DNA from: Dudresnaya verticillata
Taxonomy: Eukaryota
Direction: 5' to 3'
DNA: 64,000 nucleotides
Assembly: GCA_977862235.1 (NCBI GenBank)
Contig: OZ374562.1
Span: 1,860,001-1,924,000 of the forward strand
This document shows positions 46,185 to 58,751 of the stretch, one piece after another. The notes beneath the pieces were generated by a model, which searched no databases, was not told the DNA's origin, and worked only from the letters and a program-made list of their open reading frames with translations. How positions within the stretch are numbered: position 1 is the first letter of the stretch; the number at the start of each line of letters is the position of its first letter. The position numbers and the translations under genes are program-made.

Positions 46185-47110
46185 AAAGTTGATATTCTCT
46201 GTTTTACTCTTCCATGTTATTATTGATGTCCGCAATTAAGATGGTACACGCTATTACTGCACATATGTGCAGTAGTGCAAAATAACCTAGATTCATAAAT
46301 AAAGTGGACCAGGTTATTAGTTGAACAGAGGGCAAACATAATTACGTTATTTACCTGTACAAGAAGCGCGCTCCGGACACAGACAGACCGGAACCGACAG
46401 GATAGAAGCTCCGGGGGGTCCCGTCCGGGCGTGGGTTACGAAAGGTGCGTTCCGTGACTCGCGTAAAATGGGCGGCAAACATCACTTTATTCGTAATGGT
46501 GCAGTGCAGTAGTGTATCTTCGCGGATAGAAGAACGTACTGTACACTGCCTGACTGTCTGTAGACGCAGATCAGGTGATTTATAGCTTATGCTATCTACG
46601 CAATAGCAGAGTGTCATTCCGGCAGACATCCACGTTGTGCGTGTTTGCGGGAAACTGGAATCAAGTCGAAGAATTGGGGCGAGCCCTATTAAATCAGCCA
46701 ACCCTTAAACAGACCATGCCGGCAGACTTTCTATTTTTTCAACGTAATACGTGCGCCTCTTTTGCATTCCTAAGCTCTAGACTGGTATTCCATTTTGCGC
46801 TATCCAGGTTAGCCTCACCAGGTGGTACCACTGATTTATCGATTCTGTTACGTTTAGAAGCTAGTTTACCTTTACAAGTTAGCCATTCCTCTTGCAAGCG
46901 GGCCGAAAGTAACAGGTCGTCAAGCCGCCATTGAAATTTGTCAGTACTGGAGTGTCAATAGGCGTGACTTGGGCTTGGTACGGTTGATGACAGTGGCTTG
47001 CGTCACACCGACACTTGCTTGCATCTTAGCAGTGCCTTATTCAGAATCCTAGAAAGCCATTCCCTCTTACAAACTTCAGCTATGAAACACGCCACAAATG
47101 ATGCCGTTGT

Positions 47111-48091
47111 TTACTCGACACACTCTTGCCTGAATGCCTCGAACTTGCTGAGGTACGGTTCCTCCATCCACTCAAACATGAAATCTGCTACTAGCCGAGA
47201 CTTGTCCAGCGCGTCGTGGAGAAGTCCAATCAACAAGTCATAGTCGGGCTCACATGTGAACGTCAAGCTGCGAATGTACAGGAAAATGTGCAAGAACTCT
47301 AGCGGCATTCCATCAATTACCGAACTAATCTCCGACATAGCCTTCAACTCTAATCTTTTCTTTTTTTGTGCACGGCAATCTTCCTTGGCTCTTGTTGAGT
47401 TGAACCATGGCAGTGATCCTTTATGCAAGAACACCATGGAAAAGAACAGCGCCTCCAAATCATCCCGTCTTGACAATTCCACACCGTCGTCGTTGTTCAA
47501 CGACCCAAACTCTGGCGTTCCGACAATCTTCCCAGGTTTCCTGAATGGAACATGCACCCCAGGGTGGACCCAGAAAGGCTTGGCAAGGCCGAGGTCGGCA
47601 ATGAAAAGCTGTTGAGGGTTATCGTTGCCGATGAGCATATTTGAAGGCTTGATGTCGCGGTGAAGAATCCCTTTGCTATGCAGAAACTTGACCGCCTGAA
47701 TTCCTTGAATAAACAGCAGAATCACAGACTTTAAAGAAAGCGCGCTCCCGCAAAGCTTCATACAGCCTATTAGCGAAGGACCCAACAGTTCCATAACCAA
47801 TACGTTGTGCCGTTTGTGGCCCCCACTGAAAAACACCCTGGGAACATGCTCGGCTTCGTGGGGGAAGTTGAGAAGCCACAGGTACACTTGGCTTTCGCGA
47901 GGCAGGGATGGGTCCGCCACGTCGATCGGTTCTGTCTTGACAGCAACGACCTGACCTTCTGCGTCAGCCGCTGAGAAAACCTCGCCGAAGCCTCCCTGTC
48001 CAATTTTCTTTGTTGGTAGCCATCGGCCTGCGACAAAATCCAACTTTGTTAGGGAAGCCGCAGTAGCAGTTCTGCCACAACACTCCGGCAT
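47111..48091 (-). CDS. Casein kinase 1-like Ser/Thr protein kinase (intronless, divergent)
   Basis: IGQGGFGEV, VAVKTE, LVMELLGPSL, HRDIKPSN, DLGLAK, GTPEFGSLN, SRRDDLE and PDY are CK1 family motifs. Confidence 0.93.
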   Translation of the reverse strand: MPECCGRTATAASLTKLDFVAGRWLPTKKIGQGGFGEVFSAADAEGQVVAVKTEPIDVADPSLPRESQVYLWLLNFPHEAEHVPRVFFSGGHKRHNVLVMELLGPSLIGCMKLCGSALSLKSVILLFIQGIQAVKFLHSKGILHRDIKPSNMLIGNDNPQQLFIADLGLAKPFWVHPGVHVPFRKPGKIVGTPEFGSLNNDDGVELSRRDDLEALFFSMVFLHKGSLPWFNSTRAKEDCRAQKKKRLELKAMSEISSVIDGMPLEFLHIFLYIRSLTFTCEPDYDLLIGLLHDALDKSRLVADFMFEWMEEPYLSKFEAFRQECVE

Positions 48092-49551
48092 ATTTTCTTT
48101 CAGGAAGATCTTCGACGGGAAGGCAGTAGCAGCAGAGCAGCGGAGAGAGATGCAGCTCTAGAGACGGAGTCAACTGCTTATGAGGGCCCATTGCGCTTAT
48201 GCGGCCCCCGCTTTATAACTATGCTCAAGGTGAGATAGGACGCTTTTTGCAGTCTACGGACATCCGTGCGGCTGCAGCAGTCGTGCGATAGCTGTTCTTC
48301 GTTTCGCGTTCTACTGTGGACATGTGTTTCGCCTCCATGCGGACTCCTGCAGTGTGAGGCCGAGGCACCAAAAATAACCAAAGAAGTAACATTCGTTTCA
48401 TATTTGCCCATGAGCGCGCCACGACATGAAACCCATCCGCGCGTCTTATCTCGGAGACCTTGGCGATCCCGTTCAACCACGGTTTCGATCAGGTCTCACA
48501 AAGCGTTTGGCGACACCTTCAGCTTGCCCTTATGCGGAATGCTCACTTAAACAGTGGATGCTGTCAGCAATCGTTTCGTGGAACCCTTGCGGAGATCGAC
48601 GCAAAGCTTGGAGCGCTGGCGAACGCGAAAACTCTTCCAGGGCAATCCAGTACTGGGGCTGCTTTTGCTTGTCGCGCACATCTAGAGAATGCATTGTCGC
48701 TTGCTCTGGACCTCGTGTGTCGAGAAGTCGCCAAGAGCCTGCCTGCTCTTCGAAGCTACAAACTAGAAGCTGTTTCGTGAAAGGGGACACGAAGGGTCCC
48801 CAACGTGGTGTTTTACTTCTTACACAGGGATGGCAAGACGGTTGCTACGCATGGCGGGCCGAGCCGCGGGTCACTTCCCTGAGTTTACATCACCTTGCTA
48901 CAGAAGGAGCGCCCCGGTCGAAAAGAGGGGGTATCCTTGACGACACACACGTCGCACTGGTCGCAGTCACGAACGCAGGCCCGGAGAAGCTGAGGTTCGG
49001 GACGCAGCTTCACGCCCTAAAGCAGGCTCCCTGCGAAGGGGAGAGGCATGCCAGCACGTTTGGGGTCCCACTGTTCGGTGTGTCAGAAAGTAGTCGCTAC
49101 AACCTTCCACGATGCTGTTCTGCACAGCTCACGCCTTTTGCGTAGCCACGAAAGCAGACCTCAGGCAGCTGGGAACGTACAAGCTGCGATTTCAAACTCC
49201 AGTGCTGTGTGAAGGGGAGAGACCCGCCAACAGCTTCGGAGCCCCTTCCTTGGACGAGCCAAGAAGGGCGTCGCCAGAAACTTCATCGTCTGAGATGCTC
49301 TACGCGACCCTCGTAGTTTGCATTTCCTGTACATCGTACTACTCCCCTTGGTCACCTCCACGGTATCCATCAGTTTCAAGTTACTCTACAAGTCATCGTA
49401 CAATACAAGACGTTGGCGCGACGCCCAAGCACACGTGATGCGCGACGCAGCGCGACGCGCCCGCCCGACAGGCTACCTGACCACCATTGCCGTCTCATGC
49501 GCCTGGCAGGGCGTCGCAGTCACCGCGGCTGCGGCTATGCACAGGGGCAGT

Positions 49552-49800
49552 CTACCACTTACCGAAGCGAGGGCGGCCGGGGCCGCTGGACGGCATCCAG
49601 ACGTGGTAAACGTGGTGCATGGGGCCGCGTGCGGAGCCGCGCAGGGCGCCGGCGAGAATGAAGAGCACGAGGGCGAGGACGGCCGCTGCGACGAGGCTTC
49701 TGGCGACTCTCTCGCCGCGTTCGGAGTCCGCGGCTGATGCGGCTGAGGGGGACCGGCCGCGCAGCAGCGGGATGGCCTGGCCTGGGTCTGCCGTGGCCAT
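49552..49800 (-). CDS. Small predicted single-pass membrane protein (82 aa)
   Basis: MATADPGQAIPLL... with the hydrophobic stretch LVAAAVLALVLFILAGAL and GC-rich codons. Confidence 0.45.
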   Translation of the reverse strand: MATADPGQAIPLLRGRSPSAASAADSERGERVARSLVAAAVLALVLFILAGALRGSARGPMHHVYHVWMPSSGPGRPRFGKW

Positions 49801-50871
49801 GTGGCGCGGCGTGGCGCGGCGTGGCGCGGGGGGGCGGGGGCGGGGGCGGATCGCGGAGAGTGGGCGGCAGGAAGCGGGGGAGGGGGTTTGGGCGGGAAGG
49901 CAGCAGGTTGGGTGTGGAGTTGACGGCTGAGACTGGTCGCTGGCGCTGGAAGCAGCTGTGGAGCGGGGCACGGCGGGGGCAGAAGAAAAATACACAAACG
50001 CTGGCGCGAGTGGGTCAGCGCTGTGGAGCGCGTGGTGGTGGGGCGCTGCAGAACGTGTACGTTGTGCAATTTGATTGGGGCAAAATCGGCGTTTCTGATT
50101 GTGAGCCGCGGCCGGTGCGGACTGCGGAGATTGTGCGGGCGATCTCACCGATCGTGCACCAGAGACGATGCAAACTGTGTACGCAAGTCGGAGAGCAGGG
50201 AGAAGCGGGCTACGCTCTTTGAAAAACAGTATCTTCGGCTCTAGCTGCTGAGCGAGGCGGGAAGACAGCAAGTGGGTGGGTTGCTGTGAGCTCGAGAGGC
50301 GAAAGTGGTGCGGTGGCGGGGGGAGGGCGAGGTGTCGTGCCCGGATGAGAGTGCAGTTTGGGCATGACAGTGCTAGGGGCTGCAGTTTGTCCGCCAGTGG
50401 CATCGAGAAAGCGTTAGTATGGAGGTTTATTGCGAAAGGGAGATCTACAAGCTACATGGCGCCATGCCGGAGCGAGAGCGACTGCGACTGCGACGGCAAC
50501 GGCGGAAACGGAAAAGACTGCGATGGTCCAGCCATGGGGCGGCAGGAGCGTAACGAGAAAAGGCGTGGTAAAACAACAAGGTAGCTAGATACGCAAAGCG
50601 TAATAGCACATCGAATGATAAACGCGTCGGCGCGCGTAGCAGCAGCGGCGGCGGTAGCAGCAGTGGCGGCGGCGGCAAGGGCGTCGCACGAACAACAAAC
50701 AAGTCTACAGTGCATGGATAGAAGAAGAATGAAGCCGCAGAAGAGTGCTGCTCCGAGCTCTCTCAAGCGGGTCGCGCACAGGCATGGCCGCGGGCGTGCG
50801 ACAGGGGTAGGCGACTGCGGCGAGCAAGAGGTTCTGACGGATTGGTGGTGGCGGGTGGGTGGGGGGCCAGT

Positions 50872-51114
50872 CTAGACCATCTTGCGAGCTGGGCGCACGC
50901 GTGCGCGCTTCTTGGCGGAGACGGTGATCCAGCCGCCAGCGTCGGTGGAGTCGGACAGCAGCTGGTGGGGGTCGTGCGGCTGCTGCAGGTAGAGGCGCTT
51001 TGCGTCCTCGGCGGCCTTCTTGAGCTCGAGGTAGCTGACCGAGACCGCGGCGGTTGCCGCGTGGCGCGGGATTGGGAGGTGCGGCAGGTAGTGTGGAAGG
51101 GCGGCGTCGTCCAT
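50872..51114 (-). CDS. Small hypothetical protein (80 aa)
   Basis: GCCATGG start context, strong GC3 bias and protein-like sequence (SYLELKKAAEDAKRLY..GGWITVSAKKR). Confidence 0.5.
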   Translation of the reverse strand: MDDAALPHYLPHLPIPRHAATAAVSVSYLELKKAAEDAKRLYLQQPHDPHQLLSDSTDAGGWITVSAKKRARVRPARKMV

Positions 51115-51132
51115 GGCTGCTGCTGCGGGCGT

Positions 51133-51225
51133 GGGATTGGGTTGGGTGGGATGGGATGGGATGGGATGGGATGGGGGGGGGTGGGGGGTGGATTGGATGG
51201 GTTGGCGGAGGGGGGTTGGGATGGC
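51133..51225. repeat. (GGGAT)n / G-rich microsatellite
   Basis: Several tandem GGGAT units embedded in G-runs. Confidence 0.85.
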
Positions 51226-53663
51226 GTGGCGTTGGCGGCGGGCGGCGGGAATATATTTCGGTGCGAACGCAAGCAGGCGGGAGGCGTGCAAAGTCAGTAG
51301 CGCGGTGGAGTACGGGCGTGCTGCTCCATCTGGCGCGCGGCGACTCGGTTGTTTTGGTTGGTCTGGTGGGTGGCGGCGGCGGCGGTGGCGGCGGCGGTAG
51401 TGGCGGCGGGGAGGAAGCTGCAAAGTGCAGCATGTAAGCCGACGCCCCCAAAACGGCGGTTGGCTCTCTCGCGCCGCCGCAGTCTCGCCCAATCGCGCGC
51501 CGTCTGCGCCTGCGCCGTCGCGAGACTCCGCCGCCGCCTCCGCCGCCGCGCCGCTTGCGCAACCGCGCGCGCGCGCGTTAGGAGACGCGCCCGGCACGCA
51601 GCGCCGCCGTCTCAGAGTCGGCCGCCACCGGCCGCGGCCTCGCGCCGCAGCGCGCACACGCCTCGCCCCGCGGTCAGCGCACGCCGTGCCGTCAGCGCCG
51701 CGCCAAGCCTGCCCGCCGCACGCGCAGTGCCTTGCTTGTGCCGCGCCGCCCGCTCTGGCTGAGACTGCCCGGCTCGCTCGCAGCCAGCCACGGTTGGCAT
51801 TGCGTGTGCGCGTGTGCAGCTGCGGCGCGGCGCCGTTTCGCGTCCACGCGCGCTTGGCGGCGAGGCGACAGACAGTGGTAGAGGGGTGAATTTGGGTCTC
51901 GCGGTGGCGTTCCACGCCCTTTTTTTCTCCGGCGACCGCAACGAGCTGCGCCGGCAACGCGACAACAACACGCCCGCCTCCCCGCCGCTGCGAGCTGCGG
52001 CTTGCGCACATTCTGTTTGTTCGACGCAGTGCACGCCACACACGCGCGCGCTCTGACAAAACCTTGCAATTGGCGCAGAATAGACGCTGTACCGTGTGCA
52101 GGACCGAACCATCTCGTTCCGCCTCATCTCCCGTCCCTCCCCCGCCTCCCTTCACGCCGCTCCCGACCCTTTCTCCACGTGGAACCTCGCACCGGCAAAC
52201 ACGCACGCACACACGCTCGGACATCAACTGTGCTCAACGAGGTAGTACCTGAAGCAAAGCGTCGTTGTACTATGTACTAACAACTACCACAACTACCGCA
52301 TCTGTCCCTCCTCCCCCACCACGATCCACCGGCCCCCGGGCCGCGCCATGCAACGCATATCGTGCCAATCCCCGACAAACACGCGCAGCTGGGGCGTCTT
52401 GCCCTTCAATTGACCGCCGTCCGTTCAGCCGGCCCGGGCCAGGCCGGACTATCCGCCAGCCACCAGCCTACCTGTCATGATCTCATCAACATGATGAGCC
52501 GGCGCAAACAGAACCGCCTTGTTCTCGTTTCTCGCATTCGTTCCGAGAGAAATGAAACACCAAAACCCGACGCCCCCCGCCCCACCCGCACTGACGTTAT
52601 TGTTGTCGTGTGCGTGTACAAGAAAAACGCGCCAAACCTTTGCAGCGGTACTCACGCGCACGCCCTGTCGCAACTGTCGCAACGACAATATCGACAGTAG
52701 ACTGTAGAAACACCAATTCCTCCCTCTTGCTTGCGTGGCGCTGTTCGCGAACAGCCTGCTCCGCAGCAACTACGTCTCCATAATACAACCGCGATGTGTT
52801 CGGCGATAGGCCCAAGGCGCCGAGGCAGACGTTGCGGGGTTGTGGCCCGCTACACTTCGCAGCGAGCATCAATCACCGTCAGCCGCGCTTGACAATTGCG
52901 TATTTCGCCTCGGACGACCACGCCACCTGTCTCGCCCGTGCGACTGCCCACCGTGAGATGCGGTGCTTTATAGAAGTCGCGCGCGACGCCGCGGATGCTT
53001 TTCTTGAAGAAACATGTTACCAGTGCGTGCGGTAGAATACCCCCTCGACAATCCGTCACCAGTGGTGTGCAAAGTCTCCGCCGGTCTGCCGAGTTTGGTT
53101 CAATCTTTCGCTCACTCGCCACCACACACACACGCACACCTTTAAAGAGCTAAAATAACCTCCTTGTACGCATCGTATCGTTGTTAGAGCATCCCCACCA
53201 GGGGGGAGTAAAGGGGGGTCGGGTAATTCTGGAACAAATGACAATTATGGAACGCTGAATTTGAGGCAGTCAGTGTCGCGGCTCAGATAGCACTGTAATG
53301 AATAAACTGACTGTTGGGTTTTTGGGTGGTTGATGAAAGCACGCGGTTCTTTTGACACACTGCTTGGACTCGCCGACTCAGAAGTTTTTGCTTCAGACTT
53401 TTGCGGCCTGCCTCCCTTTCTCTAAGAGAGTCGAGAGCAGACCTCCTTTATAGAATTCTAGTAGTTAGAGAAAGCTCGATGGAACTTACTAAAACTAGCA
53501 CTTAATCTATAGACTGAGCAAAAGACTACAATAAAGACTAAAGCGTTTGTAGATTGAAAATTCATTAAAAAATGCTGAGGTCAGCTGCTATTATGGCGCT
53601 TTGCAATTTTCCCACTGTGCAGTTTTGTTACTGTTTGTAACAACTCCTCCCCTCTTAATTGTG

Positions 53664-56600
53664 TTATTCGTCCTCGAATAACTTGTTGAAGTAGTTCTGG
53701 ATAAGCGCTGGAAGCTTTGCGACTTCGTGTATAGGTAACCATGTGTTTTCAATGGCATCAGTGTTGCTAAAATGCACTAGAAACTCGACTTGACCTTCAT
53801 GTAGGCGGTGTCCGACGATCTTCTCAATGCGTTTTTCTGTAGGTGATCTTCCTAAATGAAGTTTTTGTGGAACATTTCTCTGATGTTGGTCTTCCACATA
53901 AAGCTTGAGTAACGAAATATGAAATGTAGTATGTAGCTCCTTATATTCGGATGGCAGTTCTAGTCGATAGGCTCTGCCGTCAGCGACTTTTTTAACGATG
54001 GTAAATGGACCAATGAACTTCGGAAGGAATTTCTTGGTTTTACCGAGTTGTTTCGGTAGGTTCTTAGCTGATAACATCACGTGGTCTCCGACTTCGTATT
54101 GTTTTTCGTTTCCATTTTCTGTGTCCTTTGTAGGCAAGTTTGCATCTCTAATTGCTTGTTGGGCGATCTCATTTGCCTTCTTTATGTCCTCCAAGAAGGT
54201 TTGGGATTGGTCATTAACTGAGTGTTCCGTATGTAGTATATCCGAAACTGTTAATGGATGTTGTCCGTATTCAAAATAGAAAGGCTGGTTTTTGCTTGTT
54301 TCGTTTGTATAGTTGTTGTATGCAAATTCAACTCCGGGCAGATATTTGTCCCAATCTTTCTGTGTACTAGAGATGAAGCATCTCAACATTTCTTCAAGCG
54401 TCCTAAACGCTCGCTCGGATTGGCCATTTGTCTGTGGATGAAATGCAGTTGAAAGGTTCAGCTTAACTTGCAGCAATTTCATCAGCTCTTGCCAAAATGT
54501 CCCCGTAAAGCGGGTATCTCTATCTGATATAAGTTTTTTCGGTATTCCATGATGTTTGTATACTTCCTCGTAAAATACCTGCGCAGCGTTGAATCCGTTA
54601 AAGTTGGGTTCTAGAGCGATAAAGTGCGCTCGTTTCGATAATTTGTCGACCACAACCATGATGGCGTTTTTGTTCCGTTTCGTCTTCGGTAGGTCAAAAA
54701 TGAAGTCAATGGATATTTCCTCCCACTTACGTGTTGGCGGAGGGAATGGTCGACTAGTTCCTGGTGCCTTTTGGTTTCTGCTTTTCGATTTTTGGCACCT
54801 CTGGCAACTCTTTACATAGTTGTAAACTTCTTTTTTCATGTTTGGCCAGAAGTAATGGCTCGATATATTATGAAGCGTCCGTTTGTAACCTCGGTGTGCT
54901 CCAATTAAGGACTCATGGGTATCGTGTAGCACTGTTTTTCTTGTCTCGCCTTCTGGTAGGCATAATTTATTTTCGAAATAAAGTCGCTTGTCCTTCCGCT
55001 TATAAGGTTCTGATGGCTTATTGTAATGTTCTTTAAATTTCTCGTCTTCGAGATACTCCTTTTCTAATCGTTTAAGCACCCGCTCTGAGACGGATACGGT
55101 AGTTATCGTCATTAATTTTGATATGAAGGAGGTGGATGTCTTATACACTTCCTTGTACTGCCTAGAGAGCGCGTCTGCGACTTTGTTTTCTTTTCCCTTG
55201 ATATAGTGTACTTCGTAATCAAACTCTTGCATAAACTCAACCCACCTCGCTTGTTTACGTGATAGGGTCTTTTGTGTATCCAAGTACTTCAGTAGATGGT
55301 GATCTGTATGTATCTTGAACTTAGCTCCATGTAGATAAGATCTCCACGTCTGTAATGCATACACAATAGCTAATAGCTCTCGCTCATGGGTACTGTAACG
55401 TTGTTCTGCAGGATTCAATTTCCTTGATGCATAAGCCACTGTTCGGCTTCCCCGTTCATCTTTTTGTGATAATACTGCTCCTATTCCTGTCCCAGAAGCG
55501 TCAGCTGTTATATCGTAGGGTAAACCTGGGTCTGCACAACGTAACACAGGTGTTTTCGTTAAAGCCTCTTTTAACTGTTCAAAGGCAATTTGTTCTTTTT
55601 CACCCCACACGAAGGCATTTTTCTTTTTCGTCAGCTCCGTTAAAGGAGTTGCGATAGTAGAAAAATCTTTCACGAACCTCCTGTAATAATTGCAAAGTCC
55701 TAGAAAACTCTGGACTTGTGTTACGGTTTCGGGAACTTCCCATTTCTGTACTGCTTTGATTTTTCTTTGGTCAACTTGTATTCCTCGATCACTTATTATG
55801 TGCCCTAAATATTCTAGATTTTGTTTTAGGAACTCACACTTTGATAGTTTCCCATAAAGCTTATTTTCTCTAAGTAATTTCAACACTACTTGATATGTTC
55901 TAGGTGTTCTTCTTTTGTCTTACTGTAGATAAGTATATCGTCCAAGTACACTAGTACGAATTTGTCCAAATAGGGTTGGAAAATAATGTTCATTAAAGTC
56001 TGGAAACACCCTGGTGCTCCAGTTAACCCAAATGGTGTTACAAGATATTCAAACTGTCCGTATCTTGTGCGGAATGCAGTTTTTTCAATATCATTCTCAT
56101 GTACTCGAATTTGGTGATATCCTGATCTTAGATCCACTGTAGAGAAGTATTGCGCTCCCCCAATCTGATCCCACACCTCATCAATTCTCGGTAATGGAAC
56201 CTGATTTTTTATAGTTTGTTTGTTCAGTGTCCTATAGTCAATACACATTCTCAGTCCTCCATCCTTCTTAGGAGTGAACAGTACTGGACTACCCCAAGGA
56301 CTGATGCTTGGTCGGATGAACCCTTGCGTGAGGGCTTCCTCTAATTGTTTTTTCATCTCTTCCAGTTCTGTTTTTGATAACTTGTAGAGTGGTCCCATCT
56401 TTGGTCTCACACCTTCTTCCAAGTTTATTTTCATCTCCACTACCCTCTCCGGGGGTAAACCCTTTGGTAGTTGGACTGGGAATACATCTTTGTACTCCGC
56501 CACTATTTTATTTAGTTTTGTTTTATATTCATCTTCTTCAGGGCTATTACCTGATGAACTTTCAGGACTATTACCTGATTCACTTTCAGGGCTATTACCT

Positions 56601-57390
56601 GTTGGGTTCCCAGGACTATTACCTGCTTCTTTTTCTTGTTCTTTGGCGTTCTTTACCAATATGTGATATATCACACTTTTTCTCTTCTGACTAATCTCTT
56701 AAATTGTTTACTTGTAAGCACATATGTCGGGAGGGATGCCCCATGATTACAAGCCTCTTCGTCCAGAGCTATTAACCTGTCCCCTTGCTTAAGGAGCATG
56801 CGGTTCAACTTCCAGTTGATTATTGGTTTAGCTTTAGAAAGCCACGTCTTGCCTAGGATTAAGTCGTAAGCGATCCAATCAACTATATATGGTCTGACCA
56901 TTATAAAGGCCTCTCCAATCCGCAATTCCAGAGCCTCCACACACCTTTCCATCGTAACAAGTGTCTGGTCCCATAATTCTGCGTTGAGATCAGTCTTTTC
57001 TCTCTGCAGTTCCAACCCGTCTGCGTATTTCTTTGACATTACTATTTCTTCACAACCAGAGTCTACCAGCGTCTTGCAATGGAATTTACTGGTACCACTT
57101 CGTACTGTCCCATTGTAGACCAACAATGCTTGTCGCCTGGACTTCCTTCTCTTTTTGTATGGTGAAAATACTTCTATACTACCTACTACTCCCTCTTTTT
57201 GTTCGTTTTCTTGTTTTTGCAATGTTTTTGTATTTTTTGTATCTTTTTCTTGTTTTTGCAATGTTTTTGTATTTTTTGTATCTTTTTCTTGTTTTTGCAA
57301 TGTTTTTGAATTTTTTGTATCTTTTTCTTGACCCTCGGCCATTGTTTGTTTCTCCGTCGCCGTGCCGAAGTGACTCAACGGAGCAATTAG
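53664..57390 (-). pseudogene. Gypsy pol (protease, RT, RNase H, integrase, chromodomain) with two frameshifts
   Basis: [40 protein letters not shown] and a chromodomain. Frameshifts near 56672 and 55886. Confidence 0.95.
57208..57330. repeat. 39-bp tandem repeat (~3 copies) encoding KDTKNTKTLQKQE
   Basis: Visible in both DNA and translation. Confidence 0.9.
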
Positions 57391-58253
57391 TTTTTCTCTT
57401 CTTGTTTTACGGCTTGGCTAGCCCCAGTTTTGTAATGTTTTCTTGCATAACACCCTTTTTGTGCACAAATGAAACAAAGATTTTCATCCATATAGCGTTT
57501 CCTTTCTGCTGGTGATAGGCGATTTCCTCGTCTCTGGGGTATTATTCCAATCTGCATAGGTACTGGCCCATCTGATGAGTTTCCATTTCCATTTCCATTT
57601 CGGAAACCATTGCCCCCAATTCGTGGAGTATATAGACTGTCTAGTCTATCCGCTATTTGCATAGCTTCTTGTAGGGTATTGGGGTAAGCCCTTTCCACTT
57701 CCACCCTGGTTCTGTGTTTGAGGCCCTGACTGTAGTGAAATATCTGTTCTGCTGGAGCCATGCTCGGTATCTGTAACAACCACTTAGAGAACTCTTGGTT
57801 GTATTTTCTAACTGTGTTGAGGCTTCCCATTTGTTTTAATTCATTTAGCATCTTACGTGCATTCAACTCTCTGTTTACCGGTTCAAAGTGTTCCAATAGC
57901 TTAGTCTTAAATACCTCAAATGTTGGTATATCAATGTTGTTTAAACTTATTAACTCCCACCATTGTATTCCAGCACCCGTCATATAGCTTACGGCATAGT
58001 TAACCTTTTTATCTTCAGGTACAGGATTGTTCTGGCTATTGAAAATATTTTCAAGGCTTTTAACCCAACTCCGAGCAAATTTACCGCTGAACTTATCAGG
58101 TTTACCCGTTCTTAGGTTATTCCCGATGTTTGATTGCGTCACATTTTGATATGTCTGTGTTGCTTCTTGCAAGGTCTGGTTTGCCTGTCCAAGCTGTTGC
58201 TGTAAGGCGGCTACTTGAGTCTGTAAATTTTGGACCTGCTGTGTGGGGTCCGT
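57387..58253 (-). CDS. Gypsy gag
   Basis: KPDKFSG, A.SYMTGAG.QWW, LKQMGS, LQEAMQIA, GPVPMQIG and CFIC. The frame is open at least to ACG-GAC-CCC at 58253, with no N-terminal ATG. Confidence 0.88.
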   Translation of the reverse strand, partial: TDPTQQVQNLQTQVAALQQQLGQANQTLQEATQTYQNVTQSNIGNNLRTGKPDKFSGKFARSWVKSLENIFNSQNNPVPEDKKVNYAVSYMTGAGIQWWELISLNNIDIPTFEVFKTKLLEHFEPVNRELNARKMLNELKQMGSLNTVRKYNQEFSKWLLQIPSMAPAEQIFHYSQGLKHRTRVEVERAYPNTLQEAMQIADRLDSLYTPRIGGNGFRNGNGNGNSSDGPVPMQIGIIPQRRGNRLSPAERKRYMDENLCFICAQKGCYARKHYKTGASQAVKQEEKN

Positions 58254-58304
58254 TTTCCTAATTGCAATATATATTTTTCAAACCCTCCAAGATCAATTTA
58301 TTTC

Positions 58305-58751
58305 TTATTTTTTGCAGTTTCTGAGCACCTTAGAAATCTCCCGAACGTAGACTTTTGGTGGCTTAGCTATGATGTGCCACTTGTCAATATAGCCACTCTC
58401 AGCAGCTGCCTTAACTAGGTCACGAAGCTGATTTCCTCGCCTAATATGTTCCCCACCGTATTGGTGATTTTTGAATAATATTTTGCTACTGTAACGCGTT
58501 CCACAAAGGTCGCAGTTAATGTTCACAAAACGGTCGTATTGGCGATCTAAATGGCTTACAGTCGTATTAAATCCTTCTCTCTTGAATATTTCTTCCAGGT
58601 GTAATTTGGATGTGTTATGGTCGTCCCAGGATTGGTTGGCAAATTTAGTGTGACCGCACTGGAAACACTTTTTGTTACTGTAATTAGGCTTGGGGTAATA
58701 TTGAATGTCGGTCCCGTCAAAGCACTCGGTAATTTTGCCAAAAATTTGTCC
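58305..58751 (-). CDS. Extra ORF0 upstream of gag with two U1/matrin-type C2H2 zinc fingers
   Basis: Stop-free frame translated by hand gives CFQCGHTKFANQSWDDHNTSKLH and CDLCGTRYSSKILFKNHQYGGEH, both C-x2-C-x12-H-x5-H. Confidence 0.75.
   Translation of the reverse strand, partial: GQIFGKITECFDGTDIQYYPKPNYSNKKCFQCGHTKFANQSWDDHNTSKLHLEEIFKREGFNTTVSHLDRQYDRFVNINCDLCGTRYSSKILFKNHQYGGEHIRRGNQLRDLVKAAAESGYIDKWHIIAKPPKVYVREISKVLRNCKK

Noticed and set aside
48426..49145. 239-aa ORF as a gene
   Set aside because: No recognisable domain and unconvincing composition.
49800..52500. Many long overlapping Arg/Ala/Pro-rich ORFs
   Set aside because: Expected from very high GC and low complexity. Only the two short ATG-initiated cores look like real coding sequence.
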